Origin: Patescibacteria group bacterium
GTDB lineage: Bacteria > Patescibacteriota > Patescibacteriia > 2-02-FULL-49-11
Reading direction: 5' to 3'
Length of the DNA: 64,000 nucleotides
Assembly (NCBI GenBank): GCA_041645165.1
Contig: JBAZQN010000001.1
Location: 117,971 to 181,970 of the forward strand
Position numbers and translations under genes: made by a program. Positions 1 to 8,018 of the stretch are shown in pieces (position 1 is the first letter of the stretch; each line of letters starts with the position of its first letter). Under the pieces are notes generated by a model, which did no database searches, was not told the DNA's origin, and saw only the letters and a list, made by a program, of their open reading frames with translations.

Positions 1-356
1 GAAGCGAACCATTGCCGATTCACGGCGACGGTCTGCAGACAAGGAGCTTCTGTTATGTGAGCGATATTATGAAAGGACTTCAGGCGCTCGCGGAGAAAGG
101 AATAGGGAAAGGGCCGATAAATATCGGCAATCCCGATGAGCGCACCATTCTTTCCATCGCAGAATTAGTTCGCGCAAAAGTGAATCCTCACGCAGCCTTC
201 ACGCACATACCGCGCGTCGAAAACGACCCCCAGCGCAGATGCCCGGACATCACCAAAGCAAAGACCCTTCTCGGCTGGGAGCCAAAGGTAAGTTTTGAGG
301 AAGGAGTGGATAGGACGATTGAGTGGGTGAAAGAATTAATTAAAAATCAAGCATAA
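1..356 (+). CDS. NAD-dependent epimerase/dehydratase, C-terminal fragment (UDP-glucuronate decarboxylase/UXS-like); 5' end lies outside the window
   Basis: ORF 12..356 contains GDGLQTRSFCYVSD and the C-terminal region typical of UXS/dTDP-glucose-dehydratase-family SDR enzymes; the reading frame is open to the window edge. Confidence 0.65.
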   Translation, partial: SEPLPIHGDGLQTRSFCYVSDIMKGLQALAEKGIGKGPINIGNPDERTILSIAELVRAKVNPHAAFTHIPRVENDPQRRCPDITKAKTLLGWEPKVSFEEGVDRTIEWVKELIKNQA

Positions 357-472
357 ATAGTAGCTAATTGTTCGTTCGTATAACATACCAAAAGTAGTCA
401 TTTATACGCCAACAGTTCGTATAATAACTAGTTATGTAAAATAGCCAGAAATTTCTTTATTACTTTTAAGAT

Positions 473-494
473 TTTTTTGGCAATTTATTTCGGG
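473..494 (+). promoter_or_regulatory. Conserved cassette 5' motif TTTTGGCAATTTATTT (copy 1)
   Basis: The same 14-16 nt motif recurs at 1332-1350, 2271-2289, 4147-4160 and 6629-6637, and inverted at 2058-2075 and 3021-3045; it is always between an attC-like site and the next start codon. Confidence 0.35.
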
Positions 495-549
495 TCGAAC
501 ATAGCTTATGATATGATTTAATCAGTTTAAGTAACTAACCAATACAATT

Positions 550-1128
550 ATGAACAGAAAAAATGTAATCACGATCCTAATCGTCGTAGTCGTTGTGCTT
601 GCTGGCACGACAATATACTTTACAATGACAAAAAATGCGGGTCAGCAACCAATCACAAATCAAACTACACAGCCTAATAGCAACGCAACTGCAACAATCC
701 CCACTGGTTGGAAAGTTTACCAAAATAAGAATTTTAAATTTGAATTTGCCTATCCTCAAAATTGGAATATAGGCGACTTAACTGCTACCACTAATAATTT
801 ATTAACGCTGGGTATGGGAGTTCCTGGTCTTGGCGATGACACCGCTTGGATTAATGTTGTATCTGAAAATGGTTTAGCTAAAGCGATAGATTTACATGTC
901 CAAAATTACGTCGAGGGAACAAAGATTGAAAAAGAACAAATATTTACACTCGACGGCATTGAAGGCAAGCTTATTTACTTGAATATAGGTGGGAATAGTC
1001 CTGATTTGGATAGATGGGTTTTTGTTAAGTATGATTCAAAGGTATACAATATTGGCATTACTTATGATGTCACACCATACGATGAAGAGTTCAATCAAAT
1101 CCTCTCGACATTTAAGTTCATAAAATAA
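550..1128 (+). CDS. Hypothetical secreted/membrane-anchored protein (N-terminal TM helix), cassette 1
   Basis: 192-aa ORF with N-terminal hydrophobic helix IVVVVVLAGTTIYF; no recognisable catalytic motif. Confidence 0.5.
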   Translation: MNRKNVITILIVVVVVLAGTTIYFTMTKNAGQQPITNQTTQPNSNATATIPTGWKVYQNKNFKFEFAYPQNWNIGDLTATTNNLLTLGMGVPGLGDDTAWINVVSENGLAKAIDLHVQNYVEGTKIEKEQIFTLDGIEGKLIYLNIGGNSPDLDRWVFVKYDSKVYNIGITYDVTPYDEEFNQILSTFKFIK

Positions 1129-1165
1129 ATTGCAAAAAATAAGGTAAAGAAATTTCTGGCTACAT

Positions 1166-1294
1166 CACATAACAGCGTGTATGCGGCGACAGCTTGCTCC
1201 GTACCTCCGCAAGCCTCCGCCCATATTTGCTGGCGGTGAATCGCTTCGCGATATTATACAGCCAGCAAACATCGCATACACGCGAACGTTATAC
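1166..1294 (+). repeat. attC-like site 1 (R'' cacATAACag / L'' gcgtgtatgcg ... L' cgcatacacgc / R' GTTATAC)
   Basis: Perfect 11-bp complementary L boxes at 1176-1186 and 1273-1283; flanking ATAAC and GTTAT cores. Confidence 0.5.
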
Positions 1295-1331
1295 GCCATA
1301 ATAAAAAGCCTCAAATACAATTAATTAATAA

Positions 1332-1350
1332 CTTTGGCAATTTATTTTTT
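1332..1350 (+). promoter_or_regulatory. Conserved cassette 5' motif cTTTGGCAATTTATTTTTT (copy 2)
   Basis: Near-identical to 473-494, including the downstream gggtcga motif. Confidence 0.35.
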
Positions 1351-1401
1351 AGGCGGGTCGAGATAACTTGTTTTAATATAATAATTAACTGAAACAAAAT
1401 T

Positions 1402-2055
1402 ATGAACAACAAAACAGAAACTACACTTATTATCATTAGTTTTATTCTCGTAGTTGCAAGTTTATTTTTGGCACCCTTGCTTTTTGGCATTATAGCAATC
1501 ATACTTTGTGTTGTCGCCTTGGTTAAAAACAGTAAAACCAACACTCTTTCAAATGGCAAAAAATGGTTAGCTTATATTTCTATAATATTAGCAATTATTA
1601 GCATGGCTTATGCTGTTCTAATAGTTAAAAACCAAGTTACTGGTCTTATTGATAATGCCAAACAAGAGCTTGATACGGCAGCTGTAAAATCACGTGATGC
1701 CAAAAGAATTGCCGACGCAAGAATATTAAATACCACCATTCAAATTTACGCCCTTGATACTGAAAAACTTCCTATCGCTAAAGACGAAAAAAATAATTTT
1801 CGACCGTTTAAACTGATAAAGGGATCGCCAGATTTTACTTCTCTTGAATCTGAAATAAAAGGTAACGATTCCTCGCAGTATATTACTGCCGATCCATCAG
1901 ACCCGGAAAGATATTATGAATACTTTAGTGACGGTAAAATCTATACTATCAAGGCCTATCTCGAACAAACGAATGTGGAGAACTGCAAAGAAGTAAAATC
2001 TGGCTATTGCGAATTCGAAATAAAAGGAGACTTGGCATCGGCACTAGGAGAATAA
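1402..2055 (+). CDS. Membrane protein with C-terminal pseudopilin/type IV pilin-like domain, cassette 2
   Basis: Three hydrophobic helices, then DAKRIADARILNTTIQIYALD, which resembles the PulG/T4-pilin-like motif; no canonical prepilin G|FTLIE cleavage site. Confidence 0.4.
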   Translation: MNNKTETTLIIISFILVVASLFLAPLLFGIIAIILCVVALVKNSKTNTLSNGKKWLAYISIILAIISMAYAVLIVKNQVTGLIDNAKQELDTAAVKSRDAKRIADARILNTTIQIYALDTEKLPIAKDEKNNFRPFKLIKGSPDFTSLESEIKGNDSSQYITADPSDPERYYEYFSDGKIYTIKAYLEQTNVENCKEVKSGYCEFEIKGDLASALGE

Positions 2056-2103
2056 ATTGCCAAAATTATTTTACATTAAGGAATAGAGGCTTTTTATGAC
2101 GGC

Positions 2104-2234
2104 GTATAACACGGGATAAGCGGTTCAGGGCAAATGCGATTTATTACTTACATTAATGAGTTGCATTTGCCCCTCACCCAAATTTTTACTACGTTTCACT
2201 CCGTAAAAACTTCGCTTATCCCGATACGTTATAT
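2104..2234 (+). repeat. attC-like site 2 (ATAAC-ac-GGGATAAGCG ... CGCTTATCCC-gatac-GTTATAT)
   Basis: Perfect 10-bp L boxes (2113-2122 / 2213-2222) plus inner stem gggcaaatgc/gcatttgccc. Confidence 0.55.
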
Positions 2235-2296
2235 GAAATAATCAAAATCTCTCTTATATTTTATTAAAAGATTTTTGGCAAATTATTTTTAACAAT

Positions 2297-2989
2297 ATGG
2301 AAAAAATTGAAAATCAACGGCCCTTTAATATACCAATAGAAAAAGGCATTAAAGGTGAAACCAAACAACTATACAAGTTTGTTGACAATGATAATTATGT
2401 AGTAAGATTTGCTCCCCTTCGATCATCGTCGAGAGATATTTCCACATCTGAACTTAGCCCAGAGGAAGCGGCCGATATGGGTATAAAACTATTTCGAGAA
2501 TTAAGAGATGGTTACAATCTTATAGTACCGGCCCAATTTGTTCGAGGAAAATGGAAGCAATATACCGAAGGAACATACACAATAGTTAACCGAATTGAAG
2601 GTAAAAGTCTTGAAGATATGTATTTTGATAGTCGCTCTGATTGTCTTGTCTCTAAACTTGATGATTTGTTTGAGTCACTCTTGATGTATGTAAATGATAA
2701 ATTTCATTCGGAAGATTATTTTTTATGGGATATATTTCGAAAGGAACAATATGTGTGGGGCAAGAAGATCGAAGATAATCGAGACCAAGGCGAACAAAAC
2801 AAAGATGAAGAGGATATATATTTGACTGATGTTGATATATTTGCTTTTCGTAAATCTAAACATATGCTTTATGCTGGGTTTCAAAATCTCCTTAACAATA
2901 TTAACACAATGGAACAAAGGTTGGATACTAAATTCGAAAAAACTAGGAAAAAACTCTCTGAAATTAGCAGTTTATTCCCAAGGATATAA
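2297..2989 (+). CDS. Hypothetical protein, cassette 3
   Basis: 230-aa ORF with no TM and no recognisable motif; preceded by the TTTTTGGCAAATTATTTTT motif. Confidence 0.45.
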   Translation: MEKIENQRPFNIPIEKGIKGETKQLYKFVDNDNYVVRFAPLRSSSRDISTSELSPEEAADMGIKLFRELRDGYNLIVPAQFVRGKWKQYTEGTYTIVNRIEGKSLEDMYFDSRSDCLVSKLDDLFESLLMYVNDKFHSEDYFLWDIFRKEQYVWGKKIEDNRDQGEQNKDEEDIYLTDVDIFAFRKSKHMLYAGFQNLLNNINTMEQRLDTKFEKTRKKLSEISSLFPRI

Positions 2990-3070
2990 AATTTTTTTTA
3001 GATAAATCACCCCATTAATAAAATAATTTGCCAAAAAGAATAATAAGGTAGAGAGATTTTTGATTACATC

Positions 3071-3265
3071 ACATAACACGGGATGAGCGGTTCTGGGCTG
3101 GCGCGATTTGTTTAATAATAATGAGTGCGCCAGCCCCTCACCCATATTCGCTTCCCTTTGGTTTTAAGTTCATCAACTATTGGTGAATTTAAAACGATTA
3201 AGAAGCAAAAACAATTTAACCAACCAAATCGGGAAGCGAACATCGCTTATCCCGAAACGTTATGC
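3071..3265 (+). repeat. attC-like site 3 (ATAAC-ac-GGGATGAGCG ... CGCTTATCCC-gaaac-GTTATGC), long form with three nested stems
   Basis: L boxes 3080-3089/3244-3253 (1 mismatch); inner stems gggctggcgc/gcgccagccc and ttcgcttccc/gggaagcgaa. Confidence 0.5.
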
Positions 3266-3291
3266 AAAATAATAAAAACACCCTTAATAAC

Positions 3292-3915
3292 ATGACTTAC
3301 GCAAAAACTCAGATATTTTATGTTCATGGAGGAAATACGTTTAGAAACAAACGTGAATATTTGCATTTTTTAAAGATACGAAATCCGTCTATTGAAAAAA
3401 AGTTCGCATGGAACGATAATTATCTTGATGACAAGATAGGCAAACAATTTCATATCATTAGACCCCGCATGCCTCGGCAAGATGGTGCAACATTCGCTGA
3501 ATGGGCGATACATTTTGAACGGTTTTTCCCGAAGCTAAAAAATAACTTAATTCTCATCGACCAGTCTCTTGGCGGCATATTTTTAGCCAAGTACTTGTCC
3601 GAGCATAAATTTCCGAAAAAGATACTGGCTGCTTATCTAGTGTGCCCGCCGTTTGATAACACCTTGCCATCAGAAACACTGGCTGGCGGCTTCAAACTCA
3701 AATTAGACTTATCGCTTCTTGAAAAAAATTGCAAAAAGTTGACCTTGATATTTTCCAAAAACGATGAGGTAGTGCCAGTGTCTCATGCCAAAAAATATGC
3801 CGCCAAGTTAAAAAATGCAAATATTCTCGTCTATAAGCACATTAAAGGTCATTTTCAAATATCTGAGTTTCCAGAGATTGTAGCAATGATTAAGTCTGAT
3901 ATTCGGAAACGGTAG
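3292..3915 (+). CDS. Alpha/beta-fold serine hydrolase (YdeN/RBBP9-like), cassette 4
   Basis: Nucleophile-elbow-like LIDQSLGG and a C-terminal His (HIKGHFQ). The track start at 3262 lies inside the attC core GTTATGC, so the second Met at 3292 (MTYAKTQIFYVHGG) is preferred. Confidence 0.55.
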   Translation: MTYAKTQIFYVHGGNTFRNKREYLHFLKIRNPSIEKKFAWNDNYLDDKIGKQFHIIRPRMPRQDGATFAEWAIHFERFFPKLKNNLILIDQSLGGIFLAKYLSEHKFPKKILAAYLVCPPFDNTLPSETLAGGFKLKLDLSLLEKNCKKLTLIFSKNDEVVPVSHAKKYAAKLKNANILVYKHIKGHFQISEFPEIVAMIKSDIRKR

Positions 3916-3931
3916 GTGTTTTTATTACATC

Positions 3932-4131
3932 GCACAACACCGAGTATGCGGCTCAAAAGTTTTGCCTTATTGGAAACTAAATTAAGGAACGCAAAACCTT
4001 TTCGACCCAAATTCGCTTTTCTCTGTTAGGTGGTAATCTAAGGAAAAGTGCGATAAAATAGTATTAAGATAATTCAAATAATTAACCAATAAATCCGAAA
4101 AGCAAACTTCGCATACTCGGAAACGTTAGAC
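3932..4131 (+). repeat. attC-like site 4 (gCACAACac-CGAGTATGCG ... CGCATACTCG-gaaac-GTTAGAC)
   Basis: Perfect 10-bp L boxes 3941-3950/4110-4119; R' GTTAGAC fits the canonical GTTRRRY. Confidence 0.5.
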
Positions 4132-4193
4132 GAAATTGAAAAATGGCAATTTTCGGAAGATTTATATAATTCTTCAACCAAAATTTAACAAAT

Positions 4194-4982
4194 ATGTTCC
4201 AACTCTTTTTATTCATACTAATGGGTGTTGCGGCTGCTTCAATTGTAACCGGCTGGCAAGGATACAAGGACTCTCCTTGGGAAAATTTTGTATTTCGTAA
4301 ATTTGTAAGAAGTTATCTCGTCGCTTCAGTGGCTGGATTAGTGTTTTATTATCTAGATAATTTCAAAATATTAAGTTTTGATAATTTAGGGGTGCTACTT
4401 CTTACGATTCTTAGTGTTGAAAGGGCTACTGGCGAAGTGTATAAAGGGTTCATCAGAAAACAATCTCATCCAGAATATGTCAAGCTTTTTGAGAGATTAC
4501 ATATTCAATTTAAATCCCCTGCAATTAGAGTCATTACAGGAATTTTATTTGCAGCTGTCCTTACTGGAGTAGTCCTCATTTTACTAACTCAGTTTATCTC
4601 TCGTATTCTACTGTTACCTAGTATCACGGCAGGATTAATTGTTGGATTAATTGGCGGGACGCTAAGTGCGGCTGGCGGGGCTATAAAGGATTCTCAATTT
4701 GAGGGTTTCAGGTTTAAAAAATTTATACGCAGCCCTATTGTCGGTATGCTTGGCGGTGTGATTCTTGTTCGTTTTACCAACAATCCACTTTTGTTATTAC
4801 TAAACGTTACTGGATTTGAAAGAGTAGTAGTAGAGTTATACAAGACTTTTATTAAACGACAAGTGCGAGGCATTTTTGAAAGTCAAGAACCTAACTATTT
4901 ATATTGGTTGAAGAATAGATGGATTTTTATTGTTTTATACGGTATTGGCGTATCTATACTAACCATATCCTTCTTTGCATAA
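4194..4982 (+). CDS. Polytopic membrane protein (about 8 TM), cassette 5
   Basis: 262-aa ORF dominated by hydrophobic helices; two-fold internal repeat architecture. Confidence 0.5.
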   Translation: MFQLFLFILMGVAAASIVTGWQGYKDSPWENFVFRKFVRSYLVASVAGLVFYYLDNFKILSFDNLGVLLLTILSVERATGEVYKGFIRKQSHPEYVKLFERLHIQFKSPAIRVITGILFAAVLTGVVLILLTQFISRILLLPSITAGLIVGLIGGTLSAAGGAIKDSQFEGFRFKKFIRSPIVGMLGGVILVRFTNNPLLLLLNVTGFERVVVELYKTFIKRQVRGIFESQEPNYLYWLKNRWIFIVLYGIGVSILTISFFA

Positions 4983-5062
4983 TAATAGAAGCAGAACAGA
5001 AAATTGCCATTTTTCAACTCAAGGGGACGCTGCGCTTTCGTTCCCGTTGGTCGCTCACCCTC

Positions 5063-5146
5063 GCCTAACAGCGGATATGAGGTTCGGCTCTTGCAGAGCC
5101 TCAACACAAATTGCTTCGCAACTTCTCATATCCGCATACGTTATAT
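5063..5146 (+). repeat. attC-like site 5 (GCCTAAC-AGCGGATATGAG ... CTCATATCCGC-atac-GTTATAT), short form
   Basis: Canonical RYYYAAC inverse core GCCTAAC; perfect 11-bp L boxes 5070-5081/5125-5135; central hairpin ggctcttgcagagcc. Confidence 0.6.
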
Positions 5147-5209
5147 TCAGTTTTATTTCTGCCCTCTAGAATAGATAAATTTATATTTTCTTTTCTCTAA
5201 GCCGATCAT

Positions 5210-5731
5210 ATGAAGTCATACATAGTAAAAAAATCTAAAATTCATGGTAACGGATTATTCGCTAATAAAAATTTCAAGAAAGGCGAACTAATTTTTGGTG
5301 TTGATATATCAAAATTACCGAAACTTGAACCGAACGCTAAGCTTTCTGAAGAAGAAGATCTTCATGTTGATTATGCAGGACTGGGAAAATACATTGTTGG
5401 TACTCGCCCTTATGCGTATATAAACCACTCTTGCGATCCAAATGTTTTGGTAAAGCATGAGACCATTGCAAGAAGTAAATTTTTTACCATGAGAGATATT
5501 AAAAAAGGAGAGCAATTCACTTATGATTATGGTGTTAATGCAATGGATCAAATTGACAAAGAATTATGGAGTACAAAATGCAAGTGTGGTTCAAAGAATT
5601 GCAGAGGCACATTATCAACATGCTTTTTGAAGCAGCCGATTGAGATACAAAGAAAATATTACAAATATCTTCCTCAATCATTGAAAAGAAAATATAAAAA
5701 TAAATTCTTAAAGTTACGGGGGCAAAAATAA
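5210..5731 (+). CDS. SET-domain protein-lysine N-methyltransferase with post-SET Cys cluster, cassette 6
   Basis: GNGLFA, YINHSCDPN, GEQFTYDYG and CKCGSKNCRG motifs are all present in SET-domain order. Confidence 0.8.
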   Translation: MKSYIVKKSKIHGNGLFANKNFKKGELIFGVDISKLPKLEPNAKLSEEEDLHVDYAGLGKYIVGTRPYAYINHSCDPNVLVKHETIARSKFFTMRDIKKGEQFTYDYGVNAMDQIDKELWSTKCKCGSKNCRGTLSTCFLKQPIEIQRKYYKYLPQSLKRKYKNKFLKLRGQK

Positions 5732-5783
5732 AACTCTGAAATTTTCCTTTGGAACGTTGCACTAAAATTCTGTCCTGCGGAGA

Positions 5784-5872
5784 ATATAACACGCATTAAC
5801 CAACTCCGCTCGGTTGCGCCTCGCTCCGTCCAAATCAGCTTCGCCGACTTCGGTTAATGCGATACGTTATAT
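5784..5872 (+). repeat. attC-like site 6 (ATAAC-ac-GCATTAACC ... GGTTAATGC-gatac-GTTATAT), short form
   Basis: Perfect 9-bp L boxes 5793-5801/5852-5860. Confidence 0.55.
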
Positions 5873-5899
5873 GAAATATTTTTAATCGGTTTCTAAAAT

Positions 5900-6412
5900 A
5901 TGCATCTACTTATTAGGAAATTACAAAACCACGACGCAGAAATAATTTCTTCTGCCTTTAATGAAATCAGGTGGAATAAGCCAGCTTCACAATATAAACA
6001 TTATTTTACTGAACAAAAAGTCGGGAAGCGATTAGTGTTGGTGGCTTTTGTAAATAAAAAATTTGTTGGCTATTTAACTATTGTTTGGAAGTCAAATTAT
6101 CCACCATTCAAAAATGGTAACATTCCTGAAGTAGTAGACTTAAATGTATTGCCAAAATATCAACGACAAAAAATTGGCACTAAACTAATGGACGAGGCAG
6201 AAAAAATTATATCTAAAAAATCCAAAGTTGTGGGTATCGGAGTTGGTCTAGCACCCGGATATAATGCGGCACAACGAATGTATGTGCGTCGTGGTTTTAT
6301 ACCTGATGGACTGGGGGTTGAATATAATGAGAAGTCAGTTAAATATGGCCAAAAAATAGTTGTTGATGATAGTCTAACTTTACATTTTACAAAACGATTG
6401 AATAACCGATAA
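5900..6412 (+). CDS. GNAT family N-acetyltransferase, cassette 7
   Basis: Acetyl-CoA binding motif A-like VLPKYQRQKIGTKLM and GNAT-like size (170 aa). Confidence 0.65.
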   Translation: MHLLIRKLQNHDAEIISSAFNEIRWNKPASQYKHYFTEQKVGKRLVLVAFVNKKFVGYLTIVWKSNYPPFKNGNIPEVVDLNVLPKYQRQKIGTKLMDEAEKIISKKSKVVGIGVGLAPGYNAAQRMYVRRGFIPDGLGVEYNEKSVKYGQKIVVDDSLTLHFTKRLNNR

Positions 6413-6423
6413 AAAATACCTCA

Positions 6424-6617
6424 TATAACAAAGAGTATACGGTTCAGGATTTTTTCATCTATAATATTAATAAGGAGTAAAAAATTTCTTCACTCAAATT
6501 CGTTTTTTTTAGTCCATGCAAATAACAAGATATGTGCATCAAAATAGTTCATTTTAAATAACAAAGTTAATCAATTAAAGTCGGAAAATAAACTTCGTTT
6601 ACTGCGATAGGTTAAGT
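6424..6617 (+). repeat. attC-like site 7 (degenerate: ATAAC-aa-AGAGTATACGG ... CGTTTACT-gcgatag-GTTAAGT)
   Basis: ATAAC and GTTAAGT cores are present; L boxes pair with one mismatch; weakest of the seven. Confidence 0.35.
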
Positions 6618-6637
6618 GAAATAAAATACAGGCAATT

Positions 6638-7027
6638 ATGAACAAAACCCAAGCACTTAAATTACTTTTAATTTTAGGCGCGCTATATTATCTCGTAGGA
6701 GCGACCGTTCACTTTTTCGGTCTTACTCTTTTTCCGTTTTATGACGGTGTGCTTTATCAGCCGTATCATGATACCGTTATAGCTTTAGTCGCGATAGTTC
6801 TCAGTCTTCTCTTGTTATCTATTGCCAGAGACCCGGTAAAAAATGTTGATTCACTCAATGTAATTATAATCGGCGGGATTATTGCCATTATATTCAGCAT
6901 TGGAATTATTTTGAAAATAGATTTTGTTCAGCTTGGTGCGCCAGGGAAAAGAAATCAAACGATAGTTGAAATGATTCTACTGATAATTTATGTTAGTTCA
7001 TTAATATATCTTAAGCCCAAAAAGTGA
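6638..7027 (+). CDS. Small membrane protein (4 TM), last cassette
   Basis: 129-aa hydrophobic ORF; start codon immediately follows GGCAATT. Confidence 0.5.
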   Translation: MNKTQALKLLLILGALYYLVGATVHFFGLTLFPFYDGVLYQPYHDTVIALVAIVLSLLLLSIARDPVKNVDSLNVIIIGGIIAIIFSIGIILKIDFVQLGAPGKRNQTIVEMILLIIYVSSLIYLKPKK

Positions 7028-7032
7028 ATTAA

Positions 7033-7965
7033 GTGGATATTTTAAAAAATCGTGTTATGGGTAATAAAAGTTTAAAAATGAACATTTCACTGACTGATTT
7101 TTATCTTTTGCATAGCGACAAGTTATATGGCGACCCTCTATTTAAAAAGCAAATTATAGGTCATCAGCGATTTTTGAAATTTGACAATATATTAAGTGAA
7201 AGAGCGGTATTTGACAAAATCCTCATTCAGTTTCTTGAAGAGGCAGAATTAACCCTATCCCTCATAAATGATTTGGATCTCACCGGAAAGGATGTTTTAG
7301 AGATTGGGGGAGGGCTCGGATTCGTATATGGATATCTTCAGAAAGCAGGTATCAATATATATGGAATAGAGCCCTCAGATTCAGGTTTTGACGGATATTT
7401 TAATGCCGCGATGCAATTATTCAAAATAATAGATGTTGATGAATCACATTTTTATCCATTTTCAGCAAAAGAATGTATAAAATTAAACAAGCAATTTGAC
7501 ATCATATTCTCAAATAATGTCCTGGAGCACATCCCAGAGCTCGATGAGTCCTTTTCAGCCATGAAGAGCGTCCTTGATCCTTATGGATTGATGGTGCATA
7601 ACACGGTGAATTATCTTATACCGTATGAGCCGCATTTTAAGATGATGCTTTTCCCTTTTTATCCAAAACTCACCGTGCTTTTCAAGCCAAGCCTAAGGAG
7701 CTCATCTCTTTGGAACGGCCTGAACTTTATTACCACTGGTAAATTGAAACGTATATGCAAAATTAAAAATCTCAGTATTGAGTTTAAAAAAGATGCATTG
7801 TACAATACCTTATTAAGATTGGAGAACGATCCGATGTTTGCGCAGAGGCAAAAATATTTCATCCCGCTATATAGAGTTTTGAAATTTACAGGTTTAATGA
7901 AAATTCTTGTTAAAATTCCCATAGCCCTCACCACCCCTATTACTTTCACAATAAGAAGAAAATAA
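7033..7965 (+). CDS. Class I SAM-dependent methyltransferase
   Basis: Motif I VLEIGGGLGFVYG and acidic motif II; 6 nt after the previous ORF, with no attC-like site after it, so probably array-terminal or a two-gene cassette. Confidence 0.6.
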   Translation: MDILKNRVMGNKSLKMNISLTDFYLLHSDKLYGDPLFKKQIIGHQRFLKFDNILSERAVFDKILIQFLEEAELTLSLINDLDLTGKDVLEIGGGLGFVYGYLQKAGINIYGIEPSDSGFDGYFNAAMQLFKIIDVDESHFYPFSAKECIKLNKQFDIIFSNNVLEHIPELDESFSAMKSVLDPYGLMVHNTVNYLIPYEPHFKMMLFPFYPKLTVLFKPSLRSSSLWNGLNFITTGKLKRICKIKNLSIEFKKDALYNTLLRLENDPMFAQRQKYFIPLYRVLKFTGLMKILVKIPIALTTPITFTIRRK

Positions 7966-8018
7966 ATTCCAATATATTCATTAATGATACCAAATTTTAA
8001 ACTCTCACTTCTCTCGCC

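Larger units (their letters stand above)
357..7965 (+). mobile_element. Integron-like gene cassette array (CALIN; no integrase in window): 8-9 promoter-poor, same-strand small ORFs, each followed by an attC-like imperfect inverted repeat
   Basis: Seven elements share the same layout: an inverse core (a)cATAACa(c), a stem of variable sequence, the complementary stem, a 3-5 nt spacer, then GTTRRRY (GTTATAC/GTTATAT/GTTATGC/GTTAGAC/GTTAAGT). Stems covary and the 3' arm carries 2-3 extra unpaired bases. Implied cassette sizes are 0.7-1.0 kb. GC is lower than the downstream locus. Confidence 0.55.

Noticed and set aside
3262-3291. Start codon of the alpha/beta hydrolase ORF at 3262
   Set aside because: The ATG lies inside the GTTATGC core of attC-like site 3. 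The second Met at 3292 gives a cassette-internal start, so that coordinate was used.
4082-4267. Short ORFs nested or antisense within larger genes or attC-like elements (e.g. 4082..4267 -, 1311..1559 -, 4975..5169 +, 9402..9602 +, 49363..49560 -, 49431..49643 +)
   Set aside because: They overlap stronger ORFs or lie inside palindromic repeat elements whose symmetry generates spurious open frames. They have no RBS or motif support.
1166-6617. Could the repeated intergenic hairpin elements be a CRISPR array?
   Set aside because: The repeats are not identical direct repeats at regular spacing. Each element is an inverted repeat with a different stem sequence, separated by about 0.6-1 kb ORFs. 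There are no cas genes. The attC-like interpretation fits better.
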